Positions 10,180 through 21,735 are shown, counted from the first letter of the whole stretch. The stretch: DNA of 63,996 nt, filler included, from Peribolospora baueri (GCA_029717555.1; 35 parts of 35 records of this genome joined end to end with filler, not necessarily neighbours in it), one strand, 5' to 3'. The notes: generated from the sequence alone by a model not told the origin. Translations and numbers: made by a program.

Positions 10180-12436
10180 GTTGATACCTTTGCGGAAACC
10201 ACCTTTGAAACCGCCATCGATGCCGTTGTCCCAGGTAGAGAAGGTGTTGAGGCCGCCTAGAAGAGCACGCAAACAAGGAACACGGGTTCGGAAAAACAAT
10301 CAGCAAACGAACGGCCCGACTTCTTTCAAGTTGTCCGTTGACAGATTATGTACCTTGGTTGCGGTTCCTACCGCCCCGACCGCCCCGACCGCCCCTGCCA
10401 CCGTTGCCGCCGATGGCGATGCCGTTTCCGGCGCCGAGGCCGAAGCCGCCGAAGCCGCCCTTGGAAAAGCCCTTGGCGAGGTTGTGGCCGGAGCCACCCT
10501 TGCCACCCTGCATCATGGAGGAGACATGCGGAGCCAGTCTGATTGAGTCATGACAGACCTTCGGTGAAGAAGGAAAGTACAAGAAGTGGTGGAGACGAAA
10601 AACTCACCCAGCCACCGTTGGCCATCTGCTTAGCTGTGGCGTTACCCGACTTGTTACCCTTGTCGTTGCCGTTACCGGACAAGTTGGCCTAGAGAAGGTT
10701 CCAAAGAGGGATCACCAAAAGTGAACGCTTCGATGAGTTTAACGGTTTCTAAAGCGAGCCACTGCAAGCGGAGACTCACCTGCTGGTTGCCAGAGGCGAT
10801 AGGCGTCTCTTCCTCGCCACCGCGCTTGTTGATACCTTTGCGGAAACCACCTTTGAAACCGTTGATACCTTTGCGGAAACCACCTTTGAAACCGCCATCG
10901 ATGCCGTTGTCCCAGGTAGAGAAGGTGTTGAGGCCGCCTAGAAGAGCACGCAAACAAGGAACACGGGTTCGGAAAAACAATCAGCAAACGAACGGCCCGA
11001 CTTCTTTCAAGTTGTCCGTTGACAGATTATGTACCTTGGTTGCGGTTCCTGCCGCCCCGACCACCCCGACCGCCCCTGCCACCGTTACCGCCAATGCCGA
11101 TACCAGTGCCGGAGAAGAGGCCGAAGCCGCCCTTGGAGAAGCCCTTGGCGAGGTTATGGCCCATGCCGCCCTTGCCGCCCTGTGCCACGACGGAATGGTT
11201 GGGGAGTCATTATGATGGGCCGATATAGACCTCGACAGATGGAAGCGAAATGGAGTATCAGAAAAAGAAAATAGAGCGCAGAAAACTCACCCAGCCACCG
11301 TTGGCCATCTGCTTGGCCTTAGCGTTACCAGAGCCGTTGCCCTTGTCGTTGCCGTTGCCGGACAGGTTGGACTGGAGAGACACAGCGGAGCGAACGACGT
11401 CAGAAGATAGCAACAATGGTTAGCCACTTGGGCGGAAAGTAAAGTTCACTACTTGCCTGTTGGTTGCCGGAAGCGATGGGAACATCCTCCTCGCCGCCCC
11501 GCTTGGCCATCTCTTCGCGCTTGAACCAGCCATCGATACAGCAGCTGGCAATGTCCTTGTCAAGTACACCGCCACGCTTCCAGATGTTGACGTCGGAGCA
11601 GCCGCCACGCTTCCAGAAGCTGCCGCACAGGCCGCCGTAGCCGAGGAAGCCCCTCTTGTAGACGGACGTGTTGAGGCCGCCCTGGTTGCGGTTCCTGCCG
11701 CCCCGACCGCCCCGACCGCCCCTGCCACCATTACCGCCGATGGCAATACCAGAGCCGGAGAAGAGGCCGAAGCCGCCCTTGAAAGAGCCCTTGGCAATGT
11801 TATGTCCGGAACCGCCCCAGCCACCCTGCTCGTGTCGGGCCGAAACAACCACACCGAGGTCAAATTTCGGTAAGGAAAAGGGTGAGAACATAGGCTGAAG
11901 GGATTGAACGCACCTTGCCGCCATGAGCCATCTGCTTGGCCTTGGCGTTGCCAGAGAAGTTGCCTTTGTCGTTGCCGTTGCCCGAACCGTTAGACTGCTG
12001 GTTGCCAGAGCCGAGACCAAAACCGCCGTCAAAACCGCCGTCGCCACCGCGCTTGGTGTGCTTATCCTTGTTGTCAACGTCGACGTCGACGTCAGTCTTC
12101 TGTTCGTTGTCGAGGTCGACCTTGTTGTGGTTGACGTTAGTCGCTTTGTTGATCTTGATCTTTTCCTCGCCACCGCGCTTGGTGTACTGCTTCTTGTTGT
12201 CAACGTCGACGTCGACGTCAGTCTTCTGTTCGTTGTCGAGGTCGACCTTGTTGTGGTTGACGTTAGTCGCTTTGTTGATCTTGATCTTTTCCTCGCCGTC
12301 GCGCTTGGTGTACTGCTTCTTGTTGTCAACGTCGACGTCGACGTCAGTCTTCTGTTCGTTGTCGAGGTCGACCTTGTTGTGGTTGACGTTAGTCGCTTTG
12401 TTGATCTTGATCTTTTCCTCGCCGTCGCGCTTGGTG
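10180..12436 (-). CDS. Large multi-module Kex2-processed repeat protein (internal fragment). Exons 12436-11914, 11825-11457, 11371-11291, 11179-11035, 10937-10790, 10688-10608, 10507-10354, 10256-10180
   Basis: The real frame is absent from the ORF track: KR-DGEEKIKINKATNVNHNKVDLDNEQKTDVDVDVDNKKQYT (126-bp unit x3), then Gly-rich KRGG modules; spliced frame is open throughout. Confidence 0.82.
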
Positions 12437-12536
12437 NNNNNNNNNNNNNNNNNNNNNNNNNNNNNNNNNNNNNNNNNNNNTTAATTAATTAANNNNNNNN
12501 NNNNNNNNNNNNNNNNNNNNNNNNNNNNNNNNNNNN

Positions 12537-14787
12537 TCTGACCGGCCTGGGCGCCTCAGCAACCTCGGCATTTCGCTGCAAACGCGCTTCGAGCGCCTCG
12601 GGGACATGGACGACCTCGACGCTTCCATCTCGAATCTAAAGCAAGCGGTAGACCTCACTCCCCATGGACATTCCGACCGGCCTATATACCTCAGCAACCT
12701 CGGCAATTCGCTGCGAATGCGCTTCGAGCGCCTCGGGGACATGGACGACCTCGACGCTTCCATCTCGAATCTAAAGCAAGCGGTAGACCCCACTCCCCTT
12801 GGACATTCTGACCGGCCTGGGCGCCTCAGCAACCTCGGCATTTCGCTGCAAACGCGCTTCGAGCGCCTCGGGGACATGGACGACCTCGACGCTTCCATCT
12901 CGAATCTAAAGCAAGCGGTAGACCTCACTCCCCTTGCACATTCTGACCGGCCTGGGCGCCTCAGCGGCCTCGGCAATTTGCTGCGAATGCGCTTCGAGCG
13001 CCTTGGGGACATGGACGACCTCGACGCTTCCATCTCGAATCTAAAGCAAGCGATAGATCTCACTCCCCATGGACATTCTGACCGGCCTATATACTTCACC
13101 GGTCTGTGCGTTTCGCTGCAAATGCGCTTCGAGCGCCTCGGGGACATGGACGACCTCGACGCTACCATCTCGAATCTAAAGCAAGCGATAGACCTCACTC
13201 CCCATGGACATTCTGACCGGCCTATATACTTCACCGGTCTGGGCGTTTCGCTGCAAACGCGCTTCGAGCGCCTCGGGGACATGGACGACCTCGACGCTTC
13301 TATCTCGAATCTAAAGCAAGCGGTAGACCTCACTCCCCATGGACATTCTGACCGGCCTGGGTACCTCAGCATCCTCGGCAATTCGCTGCGAATGCGCTTC
13401 GGTCGCCTCGGGGACATGGACGCCCTCGACGCTTCCATCTCGAATCTAAAGCAAGCGGTAGACCTCACTCCTCATGGACATTCTGACCGGCCTGGGTACC
13501 TCAGCAACCTCGGCAATTCGCTGCAAACGCGCTTCGATCGCCTCGGGGACATGGATGATCTCGACGCTTCCATCTCGAATCTAAAACAAGGGGTAGACCT
13601 CACCTCCCATGGACATTCTGACCGGCCTGGGTACCTCAGCAACCTCGGCAATTCGCTGCGAACGCGCTTCGGTCGCCTCGGGGACATGGATGACCTCGAT
13701 GCTTCCATCTCGAATCTAAAGCAAGCGGTAGACCTCACCTCCCATGGACATTCTGACCGGCCTGGGTACCTCAGCAACCTCGGCAATTCGCTGCGAACGC
13801 GCTTCGGTCGCCTCGGGGACATGGATGACCTCGATGCTTCCATCTCGAACCTAAAGCAAGCGGTAGACCTCACTCCCCATGGACATTCTGGCCGGCCTAT
13901 ATGCCTCAACAATCTGAGCATTTCGCTGCAAACGCGCTTCGAGCGCCTCGGGGACATGGACGACCTCGACGCTTCCATCTCGAATCTAAAGCAAGCGGTA
14001 GACCTCATTCCCCATGGACATTCTGACCGGCCTGCGTACCTCAGCAACGTCGGCATTTCGCTGCAAACGCGCTTCAAGCGCCTCGGGGACATGGACGACC
14101 TCGACGCTTCCATCTCGAATCTAAAGCAAGCGGTAGACCTGACTCCCCATGGACATTCCGACCGGCCTGGGCGCATCAGCAACCTCGGCATTTCGCTGCA
14201 AACGCGCTTCGAGTGCCTCGGGGACATGGACGACCTCGACGCTTCCATCTCGAATCTAAAGCAAGCGGTAGACCTCACTCCCCATGGACATTCTGGCCGG
14301 CCTATATGCCTCAACAATCTGAGCATTTCGCTGCAAACGCGCTTCGGTCGCCTCGGGGACATGGACGACCTCGACGCTTCCGTCTCGAATCTAAAGCAAG
14401 CTGTAGACCTGACGCCCGATGGCCATCCTGACCGGCCAAACTACCTCGGCAACCTGGGCCGTTCGCTGCAACATCGCTTTCGTGTCACTAAGGCCGTAGA
14501 CGACCTAGAGCAGAGCTTGCGGGTTTTCAACGAGGCTGCATTCTCTCGTGCGGGACCTCCTGCAGTTGCGTTCACGGCAGCTTTGGATTGGGCCAATCTG
14601 GCTCGTGAGCAAGGTTGGACGCAATCGGCGTTAGATGGGTACTCAGCAGCCGTGCGCCTGCTACCTCGGGTAGCTTGGCTGGGCCTGGACGCAGAATCCC
14701 GTCAGGCAGAGCTGCTGAAGTGGTCCGGCAACCTGGCCCGGGACGCCGCGTCGTATGCCATCGGTCAAAGCCAACTCGAGCAGGCTG
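12537..14787 (+). CDS. TPR-repeat protein of the TPR-CHAT family, internal fragment with about 14.5 tandem 45-aa (135-bp) repeats
   Basis: LGDMDDLDASISNLKQAVDLTPHGHSDRPxxLxxLGxSLxxRFxR repeats; the downstream ALDGYSAAVRLLPRVAWLG..LARDAASYAI linker is typical of fungal CHAT-domain proteins. Confidence 0.88.
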
Positions 14788-14887
14788 NNNNNNNNNNNNN
14801 NNNNNNNNNNNNNNNNNNNNNNNNNNNNNNNTTAATTAATTAANNNNNNNNNNNNNNNNNNNNNNNNNNNNNNNNNNNNNNNNNNNN

Positions 14888-14986
14888 CCTAACCCTAACC
14901 CTAACCCTAACCCTAACCCTAACCCTAACCCTAACCCTAACCCTAACCCTAACCCTAACCCTAACCCTAACCCTAACCCTAACCCT
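14888..14986 (+). repeat. Telomere (CCCTAA)n, left chromosome end
   Basis: About 16 perfect CCCTAA units at the contig start. Confidence 0.97.
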
Positions 14987-16969
14987 GAACTGCGGTAGTT
15001 GCGGCACTCTCTCCTGCCGCCTTTCGGCAGAGTGGACGCGTTTGCGTTCCTGACGAGGCAGGGACGAACCAAATAGATGGAGTGCTCTCCTGAGCGAAGC
15101 GGGCCACCGTTCAGGCTGCCGGAGAGCCTGGCGGTAGACACTCTGGTCTAGGCGAGCTGACACCCCCGAGGCGTCTGGACGTCTGCCTTGGGCGTCGATC
15201 CCTGGATATGCTCGCAGAGCGTATAGAGCGCTCCCTCTCCCTTGCTGGGATGGATGGGGGCGATGCTGCGATGTATGTTTTTTTTTGTAGCCTGACAGGA
15301 ATGCATGCTGTGAAAGACAGGGTGTGGCGGTGCGCGTCGCAGCCGGGATTCCGTTCTCCGCTCGCGAATTTACATGTGGCCGGCGGGGTCATGCGTTGGC
15401 AGGTTGGGGCATGCGTCCTCTCCTATCGTTCGGCCAAATGCCGATCACTATGTCGCGAACGGGCCACCCAGTCGCAGACTACGTTCCTTTGTCTGCTCTG
15501 CTTCTCCCATCTGCCATCCTGTCCTCGCAGCTCTTCCGAAACAGGCTTACCCCGTCCGCTTTCGTCCATTTGCAGCGCGCATTCCGTTCTCCGTCCTCCG
15601 TCCTCCATCGTCTTCCCCCTCACCTAAGGCTTGGGCAAAATGCAGTCTTGTCACCAAGTCGACGCGTACTCTGGCTCGGACCAAATTCCCCTTGCGCGCG
15701 AGGTCATCCATCGTAGCGGACACAGCGGTGTGTAGTCTCGATCGATGCCGTCCCTCAGGCCCTTTATCCGTCCCTCCTTGAGTAGCCCCTGCGCGGGCTG
15801 TCAGGGATTGCTCCCTACTCAGGTCGTCGGGTGGCAAGGCAGGAGGAACAGAAGGGGTTGCACTAGGAGTCGACACCGAACCGAGACAGGAGGAGGAAAG
15901 GGAGCAAGGAAGCAGAGAGGCAGCCGACGCGCTGTGATTGCGGGAGGAGTGTGCTGTAGGACAACGCTCGCCAAGTCCTCACACAAGACTCCATGTATAT
16001 AAGGAGTTTTACACAGGCAGTGCCATGCAATGAGACACAGAATAGTCTCTGGCTTTTCCGCCCTTCCAACGTCCCAAGCGCAGTTGTCAATTAACATATG
16101 CCACCGCGCGTCAACAGGTCCTCGACTGAAACGGGTTCAACAGCAGTCGGCTCCTCCCTTTCGTCCGCGCCATCTGTCTTCCGGCCTCCCTGGACCACTC
16201 CAAAATGGGCCTAATCTTCGATGCTCGAGCGGTCTACGTTGACTCGTCCGTCAAGCAGAAGAAGACAAGGGGGACGAGATTTGCAGGCCGCGAGGCTGGC
16301 CACTGCTGGCGGACGATCGGCTTCGAGAAACTATGACTGCTCTCTATTGTCCCGGGGGGTTTGAGAAACGTGTTCGAGGGAAGAGTCCGCAGACAGAAGG
16401 AGTGGGCTATTGTTGCAACGCAGTTAGAGAAGTGTACCAGGACGAAGGAGGGAATGCAGGTAGAAGTGGAGAGGTTGGATACGTTTCACCGGTTGTGCAT
16501 AATGATCGCCGTGCATTCGGCGCCGAAGACAAATCATCTCGAAAGACGAGGTGGTACGAAGACAACTGATACAGGCAAGGAAAAACGTGGGTCGGTGCGT
16601 GAGAAACCGATGAAAAGGTGACCATTCACGCCCATCATACCCTGAGGTTACGAAAGACACCTCGACACACCAACTCACCTCCACGCGAGGTCCTCTACCT
16701 TTGCCTCTCCTTCCCCTTCCCCTTCCCCGTCCTCCTCGTCCTCCATCTGCTAGAGAAAAGGGGAAATGGTGCGTTCCGATATTGGCGAGAGGTTCGTGAG
16801 AGCGTCACCCCTTCCCATCGGACGAAACATGTTCGTTCGGGAATATGTTCGTCCGGGAAGATGCTGTTCGAAAGTGCGTCAAGGGTCAAGAGATGGTGTC
16901 TGCAGCACAAAGACCTCTACGTCCTACAACGGCGCATCACTCACAGTTCACCATCTTGAAACCGATGCC

Positions 16970-17121
16970 TCAAATGCCGATATGGACGAACGGGATCCAT
17001 CGATCCGCCTTGACGCTCTTGTCTCGACGCAAAGCCAACACGGCCTCGTTTAAGGCGCGAGCAGCGTCCGTGGCGTTCCTTCCCTCGCCTCGAAACATGT
17101 GCCGATAGACGTGCTCGGCGA
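16970..17121 (-). CDS. C-terminal end of a CHAT (caspase-like) domain protein, transcribed toward the telomere
   Basis: Not in the ORF track. 17119-16970 reads AEHVYRHMFRGEGRNATDAARALNEAVLALRRDKSVKADRWIPFVHIGI*, matching the A-ALxxAVxxLR...WxPFxHxG CHAT terminus. Confidence 0.8.
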
Positions 17122-17221
17122 NNNNNNNNNNNNNNNNNNNNNNNNNNNNNNNNNNNNNNNNNNNNTTAATTAATTAANNNNNNNNNNNNNNNNNNNNNNN
17201 NNNNNNNNNNNNNNNNNNNNN

Positions 17222-18542
17222 GTGGATCGGCTGTGGACACGAAACCTCTCTGAACAGAACGGAAAGAAGGATCAGGAAGGTGCAGCGATGGGAATCAAAA
17301 GAAGACCGGCAGGAACTCACCGGAAACCTGTAATCGGCGACGGTGATATCCTCAGCGAGTATGGCCATGGGCACACACCCTCCCACCGTTTCCTGAGGGC
17401 ACGCCTGCAAAAAGGTTGTTTGGCGGAGTAAGTCGGAATACTTGAAGTTGTCCTTCGCTGCAGTTTTGTTGGGGTTCGCGTTGGCATATTCCTGAATTCG
17501 ATCCGCCCACGAAGAAAGAGCGGCGACGAGGGTGGAAGAAGGCGGAGACGACACCGTAATGGCGGGCGCCCAGGTGGGTAGATCCAATGGCGAGGGAACG
17601 TATGAAGGATGATAGCCACCGGGCTGCTCGTTCAGTAGTATCTTTTCATCCAGGAGAGCGATCAGGATGCGCTCGCGGAGCTGAGCATTTGGCGGCGTAG
17701 GAGGCTGATGAACCTGGGCCTTCGCGATGGAAATGCCGGCCCGCCTGAACGTCCATATCGTCGGCGTCGGTCCATGGCGCGAAAGGGTACCAAGAAGGCC
17801 GCCTCGCCGTTGCAAGTCTTGACAGTGACGCTCCTCTGCGGAGTGCATGGTGGCTCCGATGTAGCGAAGGAAGATACATGCATCATCGCTCACCCCGTTG
17901 GCCTCCATCAAGTGAAGCCAAGCGAAAATTTTCGGCATATGAACGCCAAGAGAAGCAGCGAAATGGCGGAGAGTCTTCTTGGAGAACCGCCAAGAGCGCA
18001 CGTAAAATTGAATCTCGGACGTCTTTTCGGCCTTGCGCTGGACGAGGTTGAGGTCGCCAACTCTTTCCAAGCTCAGGACATCGGCGAGAGCAGCGTCGGA
18101 CACCAAGGGCGAGTGAGTCTGAATGCGCTCGAAGTGGCGCACTCGTTCCGCGGTCAAGGGACCTTGTGGAACGAGGAAGAGGAGGGCCGATACACTCAGA
18201 TCGTTGGTACTCATTTGACGAGCCTAGAAAAGGAGACAGAGAGTGGGAGGAGGTGGGCTTGAGAGTCGGGTGGTCGGCACGGTCACAAGGACGTACGTTG
18301 AATCGCGCATATATGCGCTGGTACGTCTCCTTGAGAACATGGCCGACTACACTCGAATCGGCTCTGGTACCTCGATTAGGGGCGCTCGGTCTTTTGAGAA
18401 AGCTGTTGGCATGATCCCAATAGCGAACGGCCGGGCCTCGAGGTGCAGGGAGAGAATCCACTCTGGCGACCTTGCTGACGCGATCGAGTTGGCAGGGTGG
18501 CAGCGGACGCTTACGCGCGTGGACCACCAACTCGACAGCGTC
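17222..18542 (-). CDS. Hypothetical nuclear protein with a GIY-YIG-like motif pattern; partial, with an intron at about 18296-18224
   Basis: About 330-aa open frame with FYVR..RYIGAT..ERH..RERILIALL..LLNEQPGG; upstream exon splices in frame (RFN|ARQMST). Confidence 0.5.
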
Positions 18543-19257
18543 CTGAAATGCCGGGACGGATCGTGTCGATACGGGCCTGGCAGGACAAGGTGGAAACGAA
18601 GTGGACCATGACTGAGAAGGTTAGGACTGTGCCTAATATGGCGCGAAGAGCAGGTTGCGACTGGCTGTGAGGTAAGGATCACAGACCCGGTGCAGGCTCC
18701 GGAAGGTTTCGCCAGAGAGCGCTCCGCCATGGTCAAGCTGGTTTTACTCGGATCTGCTCAAGCTGCGAGCAAAACAAAAGTATAAGGTCAGGACGACAGT
18801 CAATACGGCCGTCAGTACGTCTTAACGACAACGGATGCCACCTTGGACACCCGTCTTCTGTGAGAAAGTGTGGTGGAAGCGATGGGAGTGAAACGGAGGC
18901 CAGCTAGATAGATTGATTTGGAGGTGGAGGCTCTTCTTGGGGACGCCTCGGGGGCACGCCCTTATATACAGCGGAGTTTGAGGGAAGAAAACGAGCCGAA
19001 GAGGACGGGAGAAATGAGCCGAAGAGGTAAGGAAGAAACGGGTCGGAGATACGAAAACAGTTGGAAACGAAATAGGGGCTAGGATGAGTCACATGCACCG
19101 GTACATGTGAGTACGAAAGGGGAACAATGGGGGATGCATGAACACGGCTGCAGTGAAGTTGACTAGGAATGAGCAATGGAGAGGGTGAGATGGAGAGACG
19201 AAGGACGGTATACAACGATGTCCACTTGAGGGTAAGATGGAGAAAACAATCATCGTA

Positions 19258-19358
19258 GGCCGCGTGGCCAAATGGAAAGGCGTTGGACTACGAATTCGCA
19301 GCAGCAGCAGCAGCTCGGAGACATCCAAAGATCGCAGGTTCGACCCCTGCCGTGGTCG
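19258..19358 (+). tRNA. tRNA-Arg(ACG) with a 29-nt intron (19294-19322)
   Basis: GGCCGCG/CGTGGTC acceptor stem, TGGCCAAATGG A box, TTGGA/TCCAA anticodon stem with CT-ACG-A loop, GGTTCGACCCC T arm. Confidence 0.93.
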
Positions 19359-19359
19359 C

Positions 19360-19365
19360 TTTTTT
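19360..19365 (+). terminator. Pol III oligo-T terminator
   Basis: T6 immediately after the tRNA. Confidence 0.8.
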
Positions 19366-19572
19366 GTTTCAACTTTTTTNNNNNNNNNNNNNNNNNNNNN
19401 NNNNNNNNNNNNNNNNNNNNNNNTTAATTAATTAANNNNNNNNNNNNNNNNNNNNNNNNNNNNNNNNNNNNNNNNNNNNCTGCCCTTTCGTTTCATTTCT
19501 CTTCAAGTCTCCAGGCTTTCTCTACACGGAAACCGTTCAGCTAGCTCCTCCAGCACCGTCACTTCCCACGCC

Positions 19573-20205
19573 ATGAAGTTCTCTGCTACCTTCGCTGCCG
19601 GCGTCGCCCTCGCCGCCGCCCTGTGCGCTCAGGCCGCGCCTGTACCCGCCGCGCTCGCCGCTCGCGGTGACGGCCTCGACACTGCCGGCTTCGCCGTTCC
19701 TTTGCTTGTGTGAGTGGTGGCGAGCGCAAGGCCTTCCGAGGCCCTCTCCGTCGGAACCTTTGAGGTGATCGGAGTAGGGGAAAGCATCTGCTGGCTCTGA
19801 CGGCGGGTGCCCCTCCCTTTTCCTGCTCCGAGCGCTGACCCTGTCTCTGCCACCCCTCCTTGCTGTTGTCCATCGATCTTCAGCCGTGACGAGGAGTCCG
19901 GTTTCGTTGAGCAATTTCAGGCAAGACAACCAGTGGCAGACCTCAGCAATGGTCCACAGGGTTCGCAAACTAACCCGGATTACACTGCTCAGGCAATGCT
20001 AGGTTCCGATCATGGCCCTGTCACACGCAGGATTCTGAAATCCTTCAATACGTACAGGTTGAATCAACACCAGGCAGGCTTGGGGAAAGCGAACAACCGC
20101 ATACTTAACGGCGATTCAAGTCAAAAGGTCATAGCCGCACAGGACAAACACATCGCTGGCGTGCAGAAATATTCCAACAAACTCGGTGTCCCAGCGTGGT
20201 GGTAG
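19573..20205 (+). CDS. Small secreted protein (effector-like); exons 19573-19709 and 19884-20205
   Basis: MKFSATFAAGVALAAALCAQA signal peptide; GTGAGT..CAG intron joins in frame; LAAR/LLVR/FQAR pro-sites; ends VPAWW*. Confidence 0.8.
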
Positions 20206-21735
20206 AGAAGTTGGTGTAACGGTGTGAGTGACCCGATCACCTTGGCCACGTGGCCGACCCCGTGGGAATCGCCTGTACGGTAGTCATCTCCCGCCGCCGG
20301 GGCGCTCGTCTTGTGCGAAACACTTTTTGCACATACCTTCTACTGTTACAGGCGGCGCCTGGATTCGTTACATCCTCATCGACATAGCGGTCCCCAAGCC
20401 GCTTCCACAACAGTTTTAAGGTTTTTTGCAGGGGTTGGGACCCAGCCTCACGGGTCCGGTTCTTTTTTTTAACAACTTTCGCCCACCTCCCTCCGCCAAT
20501 CCTCCCTCCCTCCACCCTTCCTCCATCCACCACTTTTTTTCTAACCCCCTACCCGACCGCCGACGCCTCCGACCATGGCACCCTCCGCACCACTTTCGTC
20601 CCCGCCTCCCTCTAAAGAGCGGAAACAAAGGCCGTTCGATCTGAAGCGCAGTGGGAGTCAAAAGAAGGAGTGCAGAGGACGACGCCGTCTCACCGCATTC
20701 GGCTCTCGATCATGTGCGCCTTGGGCCAAGTGACCTTTTGTCCTACACTGATCATTCTGTCCAGCTCTTTGCTGCGAAAAACGAACAGCAAAACATAATC
20801 ACATCACCTGTAAACTGCAAGCTCTTTCACCCTCGGGGGAGCGCCGAGAGCCCCCCTTGACGGAGGAACGGGTCGAGCAGATCGTCACGGTGGCGTTCGA
20901 CGCTGCCCTCGCTCAGGCGCGCGAGCAGGGCCGTCTAGTACGGGAGCGTCGTCGCGCTATGGCACGGCTCGAGCTGATCATCGAAGAGGCCTCTGGACCG
21001 CGAGCTGCGACATCTCGAACGGGAGCGTCGTCGTCTCTGGAACGCCGACGTTCAAGCTGCGCAAGCCGCATTCCCGAGGCACAGCGCGAGCAGCGACGTC
21101 TCGAACAGGGACGTTGCATCAAGACCGCCGCTGCTCACGCGGCGCAAGACACCGCCATCAAGGCGCCTGCGTCGCCTTCGCCTCCGGCTGCGCAAGACGC
21201 AGTCATCACCGCACATCCTTGCGTCGCAGCCGCCGACGGTCTCGCCCACGATTCCGACTCGGCTTGCCCTCCTCCCTCGTTCCCTCCTCACGACTGGTCT
21301 TCGCCTCACATTGCGCAGGACGCAATCATCCGGGCTGACGTTGTCCAGGTCCTTGCCGCGATTGACGAGGACCACTCCGACTTTATTCGCACACTCCTTC
21401 GGCAATGCGGCTCTCCTTCCCTACTCCACTCAGCCCCCGCTCTCCTCCCTTTCCCTTGACTGTCACGCCTGGAAGAAACACTGGAGGACATGCTCTCTCG
21501 GGTCTTCTGCCCACCTCGGCCCAGGCGCACGCCGCCGCCGTCTCGCCGACGGCCCCCTATGACCGTCTTCCTCACTTCGTTTCTTTCTTACAATCTGAAA
21601 TTAAGAGCATAGACATAAATACAGATCGGCCGATANNNNNNNNNNNNNNNNNNNNNNNNNNNNNNNNNNNNNNNNNNNNTTAATTAATTAANNNNNNNNN
21701 NNNNNNNNNNNNNNNNNNNNNNNNNNNNNNNNNNN

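Noticed and set aside
11400..12492. Listed Thr-rich (minus) and Val-rich (plus) ORFs
   Set aside because: Wrong frames for the 126-bp repeat; the KR-delimited frame splices coherently with downstream exons.
12485..14362. Antisense repeat ORFs over the TPR arrays (also 48715-49809)
   Set aside because: Shadow frames of the repetitive sense CDS.
14836..15163. GLGLGL / RVRVRV ORFs
   Set aside because: Translations of the telomere repeat.
20857..21459. 200-aa ORF with a thrice-repeated AQDxxI motif
   Set aside because: Non-ATG start, no recognisable domain and GC-rich context; cannot be supported as a gene.
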